From Clostridia bacterium (GTDB taxonomy: Bacteria; Bacillota; Clostridia; Christensenellales; UBA1242): a stretch of 64,000 nucleotides of DNA. The stretch lies in NCBI GenBank assembly GCA_017623705.1, contig JAGAOQ010000018.1:949-64948 (forward strand), in the 5' to 3' direction. The position numbers were made by a program, and so were the translations under genes. The notes beneath the pieces are model-generated. The model was not told where the DNA came from. It saw only the letters and a program-made list of their open reading frames with translations, and did not search any database. This document shows, in pieces, positions 1 to 10,044 of the stretch (position 1 is its first letter; the number at the start of each line of letters is the position of its first letter).

Positions 1-685
1 ACGAAGTAATGAACAAGCGTTTATCTTTGTATTGAGCAAACAATTCATCTAAACGTTCACCAACGGTTGTTTCACTCATGGTAAAACCTTCACGTTCAAT
101 GTTCGTACTTTCGCATAACATCAAAGAAACACCCTTACGACCAATTTCCCCGATGCGAGCCAAATCAATCGGTTGGTTATCCACTGGCGTTAAGTCAATC
201 TTCAAGTCCCCGCTGTGGAAAACAGTTCCCAACGGTGTCGTAATTGCCACTGCAAACGCCCCAGGGATTGAGTGGTTGACATGGACAAATTCAACCGAGA
301 ATTCACCGATTTTAACCACCGCACGGGGACGTACCGCCACCGCCTTAACTTTCAAACCCGAGTGTTCACGCAACTTGTGTTCGATTAAGCCCAACGTCAT
401 ACGACTTGCATAAACCGGAGCCGGAACTTCTTTCAAAGCAAACGGCAAGCCACCAATGTGGTCTTCGTGTCCGTGTGTAATGATGTACCCTTTAACTTTG
501 TGCTTGTTACGGATTAAGTAGGTAATGTCTTGAACGACTAAATCAATCCCGGGCATTTTGTTATTGTCGGGAAAACCTAACCCTGCATCAACCACGATGA
601 TGTCATCACCAAATTCAAAAACGGTCATGTTTTTACCGATTTCACCCAGTCCCCCCAAGAAACTAATCCTTAAATTTTTACTCAT
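1..685 (-). CDS. rnj: Ribonuclease J, N-terminal part (C-terminus lies beyond the window start)
   Basis: Absent from the ORF track because it runs off the edge. My reverse translation from ATG 685-683 gives MSKNLRISFLGGLGEIGKNMTVFEFGDDIIVVDAGLGFPD, followed by the metallo-beta-lactamase motif GYIITHGHEDHIGG. An AAGGAG SD lies at 697-692. Confidence 0.85.
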   Translation of the reverse strand, partial: MSKNLRISFLGGLGEIGKNMTVFEFGDDIIVVDAGLGFPDNNKMPGIDLVVQDITYLIRNKHKVKGYIITHGHEDHIGGLPFALKEVPAPVYASRMTLGLIEHKLREHSGLKVKAVAVRPRAVVKIGEFSVEFVHVNHSIPGAFAVAITTPLGTVFHSGDLKIDLTPVDNQPIDLARIGEIGRKGVSLMLCESTNIEREGFTMSETTVGERLDELFAQYKDKRLFITS

Positions 686-702
686 TTTTCTCTCCTTACT
701 AT

Positions 703-2718
703 CTAATTTAGATTCACAATTTTATTGTAAATAGCACTTTTGCTCAATTCCGTCGTACGTTCATTGTGGATTGTTAAACGGTTACGCACGACTTCATAAA
801 TTCCCAGTTGTTGAAATACCGCAAAACAGAAGACAAACTGGAAGATGTTTTTCTTTGGTAACACGATTTTGCTAAATAATTTTAAGGGTGATTGACAAAA
901 ATTATTTTGATTTACCAAATTTAGCGTTGCTTTATAATAATCAATAAAAACCGACCTGTCAACACTTAACCCGCTAATAATGGCTTGCAAGCTTTGGTCA
1001 GGGGTAACCGCCAACTCATCATGTAAGTAACGTTGCAGTACCAAAGCTTTTTCATCATCGTTAATCGCAAACGGAATCACACACTTAACCACCGCTTGCG
1101 GAGCTGTGCCGTCATTTTGTTGCAATTCAAATATCACACTCTTGTTACAAGGCGACGCCAAAATTTCGTTAAAGACTGCCCCGCCGAAGAAAATAAACTT
1201 CAACTGCCCGTTGTCAAATTTAGTATGAATCGGGTGGCTTGGCAAACTCACAGCATGCGTTTGGCGTAAGACGGTCATCAAAACTGGTGCTGGATTACCA
1301 CAGCCCGTCGGTTCAAGCATGGCAACTTCTTGGAAAAATTGTTGGTTCAATTCTTCGGCACTAATTTCAAAATCATAGTACTTACAATTTTCCGTCGTTT
1401 GCGTTGCCAAAGTATCCGTAACAATTTGTTGGAACAACGTACGGAACTGCGTAAAGTTCGCCACTGGCAAAGACATACCCGCCGCCATGGCATGCCCACC
1501 AAAAGTTGATAAGTATTCCGCCGCTTTGGTAATACATTCCACTAAATGTACACCCACAATACTACGTCCGCTCCCTTTGTAGACTTCACCTTTACCACCT
1601 AACACAATACAAGGTCGCCCGTACTTTTCCGCCAGACGTACCGCAACAATACCTAACACACCGCTTTCCCATTCGGGTTTAGCCACCACAATCGCACTGT
1701 CATTTTGTAAGTTTTCCGCTTCAATCATTTTCACGCACTCGTTAAAAATTACCGTACACAATTCTTGACGTTTCGTGTTCAAGTACAATAAGTTCTTAAC
1801 AATTCGTTCTAAGCGAATTTCGTCTTGTTCCAAAATCACATCTAACCCACGTTTCGCATTTCCCATGCGTCCACTAGCGTTAATTTTCGGGCCTAAACGG
1901 AAACTAATATCACCACTCTTAATCTTGCCACGAATATTGCAAGCCCGTGCCAAAGCGGTAATCCCTGGCACAGTTCCAGCATTTAACATCTGCAAACCAT
2001 GATGCACGATGACACGATTTTCATCGGTTAAAGACACAATGTCTGCGACCGTGGCAATCGCACAAATGTCAAAGTACTGTTTCGCAACCGCTAAACCTTC
2101 CATTGCTTGCACCAGTTTCAAAGCCACACCTGCTCCGCACAAATCGTCAAACGGATAAGCTTGGTCCTTAAATTTCGGGTCAACACAAATACAGTTCGGT
2201 GTTTGTTCGGGAATCGCATGGTGGTCAGTAACAATACAGTCAATCCCTAACGATTGAGCATACTCAATTTCTGCGGGGCAAGAAATCCCGCAGTCCACCG
2301 TAATCAACAAGTCAGGGTGGAATTTTTCATTCAAGCGACCAACTAAGTCAATGTTCAAACCATAGCCATCGGCATCACGTTCGGGCAAAAAGTACGAAGT
2401 ACGAACCCGTTGTGTTAGTAAGTACTTATACAAAATGGCAGTGGCACAAATACCATCAGCATCATAATCGCCGATAATTAACACTCTTTGTTTACGGTCA
2501 ATAGCATTGTGCAACCTTTCCACCGCCTCCGGCATACCTTTCAATAAGAACGGGTCGTGTAGTTGTTCAGGGTCGAAGTTAAAAAACTTTTCAGCTTTTT
2601 CCCGAGTGTCAATACCTCTTTCAATTAACAAACGGATAAACTTTTCACTATACCCTAGTTGGTTGAACTCCGCCAGTTGCCGAGGGGTTACTTCCCCGCA
2701 CCTGACTTTATATTCCAT
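703..2718 (-). CDS. recJ: Single-stranded-DNA-specific exonuclease RecJ (DHH/DHHA1 family)
   Basis: 671-aa ORF with DHH-family motifs IIGDYDADGICATA, ITVDCGIS and VTDHHAIP, and a GGHAMAAG DHHA1 motif. Confidence 0.9.
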   Translation of the reverse strand: MEYKVRCGEVTPRQLAEFNQLGYSEKFIRLLIERGIDTREKAEKFFNFDPEQLHDPFLLKGMPEAVERLHNAIDRKQRVLIIGDYDADGICATAILYKYLLTQRVRTSYFLPERDADGYGLNIDLVGRLNEKFHPDLLITVDCGISCPAEIEYAQSLGIDCIVTDHHAIPEQTPNCICVDPKFKDQAYPFDDLCGAGVALKLVQAMEGLAVAKQYFDICAIATVADIVSLTDENRVIVHHGLQMLNAGTVPGITALARACNIRGKIKSGDISFRLGPKINASGRMGNAKRGLDVILEQDEIRLERIVKNLLYLNTKRQELCTVIFNECVKMIEAENLQNDSAIVVAKPEWESGVLGIVAVRLAEKYGRPCIVLGGKGEVYKGSGRSIVGVHLVECITKAAEYLSTFGGHAMAAGMSLPVANFTQFRTLFQQIVTDTLATQTTENCKYYDFEISAEELNQQFFQEVAMLEPTGCGNPAPVLMTVLRQTHAVSLPSHPIHTKFDNGQLKFIFFGGAVFNEILASPCNKSVIFELQQNDGTAPQAVVKCVIPFAINDDEKALVLQRYLHDELAVTPDQSLQAIISGLSVDRSVFIDYYKATLNLVNQNNFCQSPLKLFSKIVLPKKNIFQFVFCFAVFQQLGIYEVVRNRLTIHNERTTELSKSAIYNKIVNLN

Positions 2719-2780
2719 GTCAAAAACAAATTACCATAAATTTAGTTGTTTTGCAACCAAAAACCAATTATGCTACTAAT

Positions 2781-3623
2781 ATGGAAAAAATTAAAATTAC
2801 CGCAGACAGTACCTGCGACTTACCAGCAGAAATTTTAGCCGAATTTGACATTGCCACCGTACCACTCCACATTCATTTAGGCGACAAAGAATTACACGAC
2901 CACGAACACATTGCGGAAGAAATTTATCAATATTTCCGTGCGACCAAAAAGACACCCAAAACTTCGGCAGTTAGTGTTCCCGAATACACCGCATTTTTCC
3001 AAGCCAATTTACCTGCTGACGGCAGTATTATCCACTTCAACATTTCGGGCGAACTATCATGTACCCACACGAACGCCGTCAATGCCGCCAAAGAATTGAA
3101 AAACGTCTACGTTATTGACAGTCGCTCTTTGGCAACAGGAACAGCTGTTTTGATGTTACGTGCGATTAAATACCGTAACGAAGGCATGACCGCTCCCGAA
3201 ATCGTGGCACGCATTAACCAAGAAGTAAATAAAGTCCAATGCAGTTTCATTGTCGATGACTTAACGTTCTTACACCGTGGCGGACGTTGCAGTGGTACGA
3301 CCAAATTTTTTGCCAGCGTACTCCGCATTAAACCCGAATTAGTTTTGAAAGACGGCAAGATTGAAACCGGTAAAAAATTCCGTGGCAATTTCAATTTTTG
3401 CGTCAAACAATACGTTGACAACATTTTTAACACTAATCCACAACCCGACTTGTCCGTACTTTTCATTACGCACACCAAAATGAGTAACCCACAAATTATC
3501 GAAGATATTAAACAACAAGCATTGGCACGTTATCCTTTTGCCCGTGTGATTGAAACTATCGCCAGCGGAACAGTAACCGCACACTGTGGCGAAAATACAG
3601 TCGGCGTGATTTACGGTTTATAA
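2781..3623 (+). CDS. DegV family fatty-acid-binding protein
   Basis: MEKIKITADSTCDLP is a typical DegV N-terminus. I chose ATG 2781 rather than the ORF-track start at 2751. Confidence 0.85.
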   Translation: MEKIKITADSTCDLPAEILAEFDIATVPLHIHLGDKELHDHEHIAEEIYQYFRATKKTPKTSAVSVPEYTAFFQANLPADGSIIHFNISGELSCTHTNAVNAAKELKNVYVIDSRSLATGTAVLMLRAIKYRNEGMTAPEIVARINQEVNKVQCSFIVDDLTFLHRGGRCSGTTKFFASVLRIKPELVLKDGKIETGKKFRGNFNFCVKQYVDNIFNTNPQPDLSVLFITHTKMSNPQIIEDIKQQALARYPFARVIETIASGTVTAHCGENTVGVIYGL

Positions 3624-3659
3624 CCGCATAAATTTTGCGATAATCCGCAAGCTAACAAT

Positions 3660-4304
3660 ATGGTTAAGCGTAAAAAAGCCAAAGTACCCTTTTTGTTAGC
3701 AATCGCCTTTACTGTCGGTTCAGTCCTTTGTTTTACTTTTGGACAAGATTATAATCCATATTTTTTATGGGCGGGCTTAGGTCTCGCCTTTTTAGCACTG
3801 GTTTGCTTCTTGGTCGGTTTAACCCGCTTTTTACGTAACCGCTCGATTGCCAGCGGTTTATTGATTGCCACAACTACCGCTACCGTAGTCTACTTTGTTG
3901 GCAACCGCTTTATCAGTTCTGCCATGCCCCGAGTTATGTCGAACTTATCAATCGCAGGTGTGGAAGGCGTTGCAAACAACAGCAACGGTTGGTTTACGCC
4001 ACTGTTCTTTGCCCAAATCGGTTTGTTCGCCCTTTGGTTTTTGTTAATTCTTTTCATTATCTACGTCTACGTTCGTCCCATTAAACGTATTGACCAACTA
4101 CTCGCCCAAATTATCGACGCCAAAGAAATTAAAAAAATGAAACTCGGCAAAAGTCGTCAATACGAAGCGATTGCCGAAAAACTGCAAATCTTAGCGGACG
4201 AAAAACACGCTACCGCCCTAAAACGACAAGCTCGGCAAATCCAAGCTCGGCAACGGGCGTTAGCCAAACACCGCTCAATAATCAAAAACAAAAAGCAGAA
4301 ATAA
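3660..4304 (+). CDS. Hypothetical membrane protein with a basic coiled-coil C-terminus
   Basis: 214-aa ORF with about 4 hydrophobic segments and a K/R/Q-rich tail. No recognisable family. Confidence 0.55.
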   Translation: MVKRKKAKVPFLLAIAFTVGSVLCFTFGQDYNPYFLWAGLGLAFLALVCFLVGLTRFLRNRSIASGLLIATTTATVVYFVGNRFISSAMPRVMSNLSIAGVEGVANNSNGWFTPLFFAQIGLFALWFLLILFIIYVYVRPIKRIDQLLAQIIDAKEIKKMKLGKSRQYEAIAEKLQILADEKHATALKRQARQIQARQRALAKHRSIIKNKKQK

Positions 4305-4306
4305 AC

Positions 4307-4576
4307 TTATTTATCACACTCGGCAAAAGAACTTATCGTCTGCAATAACAAAGCGTAAATTGGCTTTAACTGTTGATACAAAAGTAAAGCACGAGGTAAC
4401 GGCATAATGCCACCCCGTTCAACTACAAACAACTTGACTTGTAATTCACGTTGCAATTCATGAATGTTATAACTAACTGTCGGTTGACTCACCCGTAACT
4501 TTTCCGCCGCTTTACTGACAGTCTTTTCTTCCATGACGGCTAAAAAGTACTTATACAAGTTCAAGTTAACGTCCAT
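4307..4576 (-). CDS. LysR-type HTH domain only (no effector-binding domain)
   Basis: MDVNLNLYKYFLAVMEEKTVSKAAEKLRVSQPTVSYNIHELQRELQVKLF is a canonical LysR N-terminal wHTH. The ORF stops after about 88 aa, directly against the stop codon of the neighbouring gene. A TATAAT box (4590-4585) lies 8 nt upstream of ATG 4576. Confidence 0.65.
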   Translation of the reverse strand: MDVNLNLYKYFLAVMEEKTVSKAAEKLRVSQPTVSYNIHELQRELQVKLFVVERGGIMPLPRALLLYQQLKPIYALLLQTISSFAECDK

Positions 4577-4643
4577 TAACATGTATTATAGAATAATTCT
4601 ATATCCCTTGTTTGCAACCACTCTCTTTGCTACATTTTTATAC

Positions 4644-5147
4644 ATGAACAAAACAGCAATCACAAAAACATTATTCACCATTTGGCCGAGTCTTGATGAC
4701 TACGAAACCATGCTAGCGGAACGAGTCCACAACCACGCACTGTGCAGTTGTAACACACCACTACTCACCAACCGCATTATCGACAAAATTATTGAACTCA
4801 ACGTTAAGCAACAAACAATTCACAATCTAGCACTCCGCTTGAACCGAGTCATCGAAAAACTACCTGCGGATACGCAAGCCATCTTACGCAGTTACTACCG
4901 CAGTTACGGGATAGCCACAAACATACCCGTCCAAGCCAAACAACTCGGGATTGCCGAACGCACTTTTTATCGCCACCTTGACCGAGCCAATGAATATCTA
5001 GCACGCCACTTAACCAACATCGGGATTAACTTTTTCACGTGGCAAGACTTACTGCACGAACACCAATGGATTAAAGCTACCTTTATGCGTCAATGCCCAC
5101 CAAACCCGCAGCGAAAGACTGTGCGTCAAAAGGAACTAAATCATTAA
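4644..5147 (+). CDS. Sigma-70 region-4-like / ArpU-RinA-like HTH protein (tentative)
   Basis: LPADTQAILRSYYRSY..AKQLGIAERTFYRHLDRANEYLARHL resembles a region-4 HTH. The start is placed at ATG 4644 to avoid overlap with the divergent LysR-like gene. The 3' end overlaps ftsY by 65 nt. Confidence 0.4.
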   Translation: MNKTAITKTLFTIWPSLDDYETMLAERVHNHALCSCNTPLLTNRIIDKIIELNVKQQTIHNLALRLNRVIEKLPADTQAILRSYYRSYGIATNIPVQAKQLGIAERTFYRHLDRANEYLARHLTNIGINFFTWQDLLHEHQWIKATFMRQCPPNPQRKTVRQKELNH

Positions 5148-5985
5148 GTTGTTCCCCAACACCCACGTACCAAACGGGCAAGTCAAATTGTTGCTTAATT
5201 GCCACGACAATCCCACCTTTGGCAGTACCGTCTAATTTGGTTAAGATAATTCCATCTAAACCAACGGCTTCGTGAAAGTATTCTACTTGACTCAACGCAT
5301 TACCGCCTGTGGTTGCGTCAATGACTAACAACTTGCGGTAGTTTGCTTCGGGCATAACTTTTCCCACCACACGGTCAATTTTTTGTAACTCTGCCATTAA
5401 ATTTACTTTGTTATGCAAACGCCCCGCCGTATCCACAATCGCTACTTGTTCGTGCTTTGCTTTCATCGAAGTCAAGGCATCAAAGACTAACGAAGCCGGG
5501 TCCGCTCCTGCACCTTGTTTCACAATACGTACGCCCGCCCGTTCACTCCATTCAACTAACTGTTCAGTTGCCGCCGCACGGAAAGTATCCCCCGCCACCA
5601 ACAACACGGATTTACCGTCTTCCTTTAATAAATGCGATAACTTGCCAATCGAAGTTGTTTTGCCAACACCGTTCACACCCACCACCATTAACACCGTCGG
5701 GTCAGTTAAGACTGGCTTCTCATCAGCTAAAATTTCCGCAATGCTTTGCACTAAACGTTGCTTTAATTCTTCTTCGGTTTTGATTTTTTCCGCTTTTACA
5801 GTTTGCTTAATATCCGCAATGATTTTTTCCGTCGCTGCTACGCCCAAGTCCGCACTAATCAAAACAGTTTCCAAATCTTCGTAAAATTCGTCGTCAAAAG
5901 TCTTGTTAAAAATTGACGCAATGCCACTGGTAACAGCCGCCGCCGTCTTCTTTAATCCGCCAAAAAGTTTTTTGAAAAAGCCCAT
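5083..5985 (-). CDS. ftsY: Signal recognition particle receptor FtsY
   Basis: NG-domain motifs VVGVNGVGKTTSIGKL, DTAGR and TKLDGTAKGG. Confidence 0.95.
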   Translation of the reverse strand: MGFFKKLFGGLKKTAAAVTSGIASIFNKTFDDEFYEDLETVLISADLGVAATEKIIADIKQTVKAEKIKTEEELKQRLVQSIAEILADEKPVLTDPTVLMVVGVNGVGKTTSIGKLSHLLKEDGKSVLLVAGDTFRAAATEQLVEWSERAGVRIVKQGAGADPASLVFDALTSMKAKHEQVAIVDTAGRLHNKVNLMAELQKIDRVVGKVMPEANYRKLLVIDATTGGNALSQVEYFHEAVGLDGIILTKLDGTAKGGIVVAIKQQFDLPVWYVGVGEQLNDLVPFDAQSFAAGLVGIDA

Positions 5986-6422
5986 TATTTTACTCCACTG
6001 GCTAATGCCATACGTCTTTGATATTTAGGATTTGGATTCATCGGTGTGTTCAAGAAAGTATCAACCATCGTCAACGCCACCGCTGTATCCACGAAACGTC
6101 CGCCCAAACATAACACATTTGCATCGTTATGTTCCCGAGCTAACCGAGCGTAATCCACACTATGAACTAACGCCGCCCGAATGCCCGCATGATGATTAGC
6201 GGCAATCGAAACACCAATCCCCGTGCCACATACCAAGATACCACGGTGATTGACATCGCTTAAAACTCCGTCAACGACAGGTGTAACAAAAGTCGTGAAA
6301 TCATCTTCGCTGTCAAAAGTTGTGTTGCCACAGTCAGTAACCGCTAACCCTTGTTTTTCCAAATGTGAACGAATTGCCTCTTTCAAAGCAAAACCGCCGT
6401 GATCACAACCGAGATAAATCAT
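5985..6422 (-). CDS. rpiB: Ribose-5-phosphate isomerase B
   Basis: MIYLGCDHGGFALKEAI..CGTGIGVSIAANH is typical of RpiB/LacAB. 145 aa. Confidence 0.9.
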   Translation of the reverse strand: MIYLGCDHGGFALKEAIRSHLEKQGLAVTDCGNTTFDSEDDFTTFVTPVVDGVLSDVNHRGILVCGTGIGVSIAANHHAGIRAALVHSVDYARLAREHNDANVLCLGGRFVDTAVALTMVDTFLNTPMNPNPKYQRRMALASGVK

Positions 6423-6425
6423 GCT

Positions 6426-6851
6426 TTATGATAGCACGGGGTGTGGATTTTTCAAATCAAAAATCTGGTGGTACAACACTTCCAAATCATGCAGTAGTTT
6501 TTCACAAACTTGGTCATACATGGCTTGCCCGTAACCGTAAGGGTCAGCATAATCACGCAAATCAAAAATGTAGTGGTACTGCTTTTGCATTTTTGGTAAG
6601 TACTGTTTTGCTACGTGCGGTTTTTTGGGAATGGCAATGCCACAGTTCTGTAACGCAATAATTACTTCGGGCATCATATCCGAACCAACCGCCGCCGCCG
6701 TCCCTGCACTCCGTACAATCACACCCGTGCGACGATGACGTTTGCAAATCGCTTTGAAAATTACTTCCGCCATCGGGCTACGACAAGTATTCCCTGCACA
6801 GACAAATAAAATTTTTGTTTTTGGTTTTGGTTGTGTTTTGACGGTTGCCAT
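6426..6851 (-). CDS. Low-molecular-weight protein phosphatase (YwlE-like)
   Basis: The CX5R(S/T) P-loop ILFVCAGNTCRSPMAE is present. The gene sits immediately upstream of rpiB, as in the B. subtilis ywlE-ywlF arrangement. Confidence 0.85.
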   Translation of the reverse strand: MATVKTQPKPKTKILFVCAGNTCRSPMAEVIFKAICKRHRRTGVIVRSAGTAAAVGSDMMPEVIIALQNCGIAIPKKPHVAKQYLPKMQKQYHYIFDLRDYADPYGYGQAMYDQVCEKLLHDLEVLYHQIFDLKNPHPVLS

Positions 6852-6859
6852 TTTTTGTA

Positions 6860-7399
6860 TTACTCCTCATTCTCTGGTAAGACTGGTACAACTGGATATT
6901 TGAACTGCCCGATAAAAATTGCGAACATGTCCCAAACCCACATACCCAAAGCAAAAATACCTAACAAATCACCTGGAAATAAATAAGTACGACTCTCGAA
7001 AGCATAACGAATATCATTGCCCTGCGGAAACACGCACAACGTTACAATAAACGCCACCGTCAACAACAACATCACAGCTCCCCGTAAATAACGTTTTGCC
7101 ATGAAACAATGAACACCAAGGAAACCAAAGATACCACCGACCCCCATTTTCCATAAAGGCATCTCCGCTGGCCGTACTTTGGAAAATAAAATGTTTTGTC
7201 CGGGTTTGTACGGAGCAGTTAATTTCGCATAGTAAATTTGTTCTTTGGTCAACGCACAGTTTTTACATTTGGAAGTCCCTTTCGGCATTTTGGTTTGGCA
7301 GTACGGACAACGCATTTCTTTCATGTACAAAATATCTAACCGTTCGTCAGTCGTAATGCGTTTGCTAGCAACCGTTGGTTTATTGTCCGTTACTGTCAT
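6860..7399 (-). CDS. Zinc-ribbon plus TM2-like-domain membrane protein
   Basis: CPYCQ..CKNC zinc ribbon followed by GGIFGFLGVHCFMAKRYLRG (TM2-like) and further TM helices. An alternative start exists at 7324. Confidence 0.55.
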   Translation of the reverse strand: MTVTDNKPTVASKRITTDERLDILYMKEMRCPYCQTKMPKGTSKCKNCALTKEQIYYAKLTAPYKPGQNILFSKVRPAEMPLWKMGVGGIFGFLGVHCFMAKRYLRGAVMLLLTVAFIVTLCVFPQGNDIRYAFESRTYLFPGDLLGIFALGMWVWDMFAIFIGQFKYPVVPVLPENEE

Positions 7400-9002
7400 G
7401 TGTTTTTCTCCTGTTAGTTAAGTATGACCTAAAAATTCCTAAAATCCAAACTAAAAATGAACCGCCCCCCAAAACACAAAGAGCAAAAAACCAGTCGATT
7501 TCTTTCTCACTCACCTTCGCACCACTTGGCTCCGCTTTATCAGCATCTTCACTCGGGGTAACTTCATATTGAATCTCGACCAACTGTGGAATAGCGTCAG
7601 CTTGATGAAAGCCCTGTACCGAAACAATCCCGTAACCAAAATATTCATCGTAGCCCGCAACTTTTTTATCGCCGTAAGTTGCCGCCGCTGCCAACAAAGC
7701 TTTATGAGCATAACTCATGTAATGTTGGTCTGCCCCTTCACCGTCCCAAGCCGATAACCCAAAATCTTCCGCACTAGCTTTGGCAACATCACTCATCAAC
7801 ATCGCATAACAAGCGGTAACATACGGCGTTGCCATACTTGTTCCGCTACTACGCATGTAATAATTTCCTGCCTCGTCTTGGCGAACAAACCACTTCACCG
7901 TATCGTTGAACGGCGGATTGTAATAGTATTTGTATTGAGCATATTCACCGAATTCATCTTCATCAATTTCCATCACATCGGTGTAGCTATTACTCAACAA
8001 GTCGGCAATATCTTGACTGCACGCCGACCAAATTTCTACCCCTGGGGCAGCAATACTCACAAAATCGTTATGGTACGAAAAAGATGCTAACGCCGAAGTT
8101 TTATCCGTATTATCATAAGCCGATACCGCCAACACGCCATCGCAAGCCCCTGGCAACGAATAATAAGTTTGTGTTTTGGATTCGCTTGACCCCAAATTGC
8201 CAGCCGCCACAATCGGCAACATCTCGTACTTAATCAAAAGGTCAACCACATCTTGATAACCACTGTATTCAACACCATTTTCCTTGTAACCATATTTATC
8301 TTTTTCGAAATCTGCCATTGCTTCACTGTCTTTGACGTTATAGCCATCAGTCCCCAAACTCAAATTCACCGCAATGATGTTAAGCTTAACTTTATTCTTG
8401 TTACATGTCCCTGTTTCATAACCTTTGTCGTCAATTAACTTCATAGTCTTCCCCGTTTTCAAAGCACAAAGGTAACGCACCGCATTTTCAAACGAGTAAT
8501 CGTCCATGTTGTTGCTATGACCGTGGAAAATTTTAATCGGCAAAATCTTAACATTATCCAAAGTCATGTCGGCAATCAAACCTGCCACGTGTGTCCCGTG
8601 TCCATTAAGGTCGTTATTCCATTGATTCAAAGCGGTACTGTCGCTAATCCCTTGGCTAAAATTGACAGCGTATTCACTTAACACACGATTCGCAAAAACT
8701 GGGTGCGTTGGGTTTAAGCCCGTATCCACGACCGCAACCACAACATCTTGCAAACCTTGACTGGCATCTAACGCCGCCAAATAGTCATTGTAAACTTTAA
8801 TGCCTAACAAATCGTAGACCGTTTGTTCCGTGTCAGCATCTTCATTATATTGGTCTAAATAATAACTTTTGGTAACCGCACCTTCGTCTTGTGGCGACAA
8901 TACCAAAGCTACTGGTGTGTAACCAACAAACAGTTGTCCCCAACTTACCACCACCAGCACAGCAATCAGCAAGAACTTATTTGCAAAATTGCGTAATTTC
9001 AT
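7380..9002 (-). CDS. Subtilisin-like S8 serine peptidase, membrane anchored
   Basis: Catalytic triad motifs VVAVVDTGL (Asp), NGHGTHVAG (His) and [10 protein letters not shown] (Ser). Hydrophobic segments are present at both the N- and C-terminus. Confidence 0.9.
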   Translation of the reverse strand: MKLRNFANKFLLIAVLVVVSWGQLFVGYTPVALVLSPQDEGAVTKSYYLDQYNEDADTEQTVYDLLGIKVYNDYLAALDASQGLQDVVVAVVDTGLNPTHPVFANRVLSEYAVNFSQGISDSTALNQWNNDLNGHGTHVAGLIADMTLDNVKILPIKIFHGHSNNMDDYSFENAVRYLCALKTGKTMKLIDDKGYETGTCNKNKVKLNIIAVNLSLGTDGYNVKDSEAMADFEKDKYGYKENGVEYSGYQDVVDLLIKYEMLPIVAAGNLGSSESKTQTYYSLPGACDGVLAVSAYDNTDKTSALASFSYHNDFVSIAAPGVEIWSACSQDIADLLSNSYTDVMEIDEDEFGEYAQYKYYYNPPFNDTVKWFVRQDEAGNYYMRSSGTSMATPYVTACYAMLMSDVAKASAEDFGLSAWDGEGADQHYMSYAHKALLAAAATYGDKKVAGYDEYFGYGIVSVQGFHQADAIPQLVEIQYEVTPSEDADKAEPSGAKVSEKEIDWFFALCVLGGGSFLVWILGIFRSYLTNRRKTHDSNGQ

Positions 9003-9018
9003 ATATCTTAATTATATT

Positions 9019-10044
9019 ATGGCAGAACAAGAAAAAAGTAAAGCATTGCAAGCCGCATTAGCGACAATTGAAAAAATTTACGGGAAAGGTGCAATCATGA
9101 AAATGGGCGACGGGCCAGTTGTCCGCAACGTCAAAGTCATTTCGACTGGTTGCTTAACCCTTGACTATGCGTTAGGTATTGGCGGGATTCCTCGTGGCCG
9201 TATCACAGAAATTTACGGGCCAGAATCCAGCGGTAAAACGACCGTTTGTTTACACGTCGTTGCCGAAGCTCAAAAAATGGGTTTGACTTGTGCGTACATC
9301 GACGCCGAACAAGCACTTGACCCAATTTACGCCGAAGCTCTTGGCGTTAACGTTAAAGACTTAATTATCAGCCAACCCGACAGCGGCGAACAAGGTTTAG
9401 ACATTGCCCATAAGTTAGTTGAATCGGGCTGTGTCGACTTGATTATTATTGATAGTGTGGCAGCATTGACTCCCCGTGCCGAAATCGACGGCGACATCGG
9501 CGACGCTCACATTGGTTTGCAAGCCCGCTTAATGAGTCAAGCTTTGCGTAAATTAACACCGATTATCAACAAGACGGAAACTGCTTTGGTATTCATCAAC
9601 CAATTACGTGAAAAAGTTGGTTTAATGATGCCGGGACAAAATCCCGAAACAACACCAGGTGGTAAAGCATTAAAGTTCTATTCATCAATGCGTTTAGACG
9701 TCCGTCGTATCGGTAGCGTCAAACAAGGCGACGAAGTCATCGCAAACAAAACCAAAGTTAAAGTGGTTAAAAACAAATTAGCATCACCATTCAAGATTGC
9801 CGAATTTGAAATTACTTTTGGTAAGGGTATTTCTAACGAAGGTTGTATTTTAGACCTCGCCATCGCAAACGACATCATTCAAAAAGCTGGTAGTTGGTTC
9901 TCGTACCAAGGCGAACGCATTGCCCAAGGTAAAGAAGCTACCAAGGCATGGTTAGACAGCGACCCGAAAATTAAGGAAGACATCTTGAACCAAGTCAAAG
10001 CAACTATGACGAAAAGCAACATTGCCCCAGTTGAAGAAAACTAA
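9019..10044 (+). CDS. recA: Recombinase RecA
   Basis: [49 protein letters not shown] chose ATG 9019 over the TTG at 8989. Confidence 0.97.
   Translation: MAEQEKSKALQAALATIEKIYGKGAIMKMGDGPVVRNVKVISTGCLTLDYALGIGGIPRGRITEIYGPESSGKTTVCLHVVAEAQKMGLTCAYIDAEQALDPIYAEALGVNVKDLIISQPDSGEQGLDIAHKLVESGCVDLIIIDSVAALTPRAEIDGDIGDAHIGLQARLMSQALRKLTPIINKTETALVFINQLREKVGLMMPGQNPETTPGGKALKFYSSMRLDVRRIGSVKQGDEVIANKTKVKVVKNKLASPFKIAEFEITFGKGISNEGCILDLAIANDIIQKAGSWFSYQGERIAQGKEATKAWLDSDPKIKEDILNQVKATMTKSNIAPVEEN

Noticed and set aside
78-413. 111-aa plus-strand ORF at the window start (with similar ORFs at 1033-1269, 1775-2002 and 2507-2779).
   Set aside because: It lies entirely antisense to the clear RNase J and RecJ coding sequences and has no motifs or SD. 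It is a typical shadow ORF.
8989-9018. TTG-initiated 10-codon N-terminal extension of recA given by the ORF track.
   Set aside because: [14 protein letters not shown] at ATG 9019 matches the conserved RecA N-terminus. The extension overlaps the start of the divergent protease gene.
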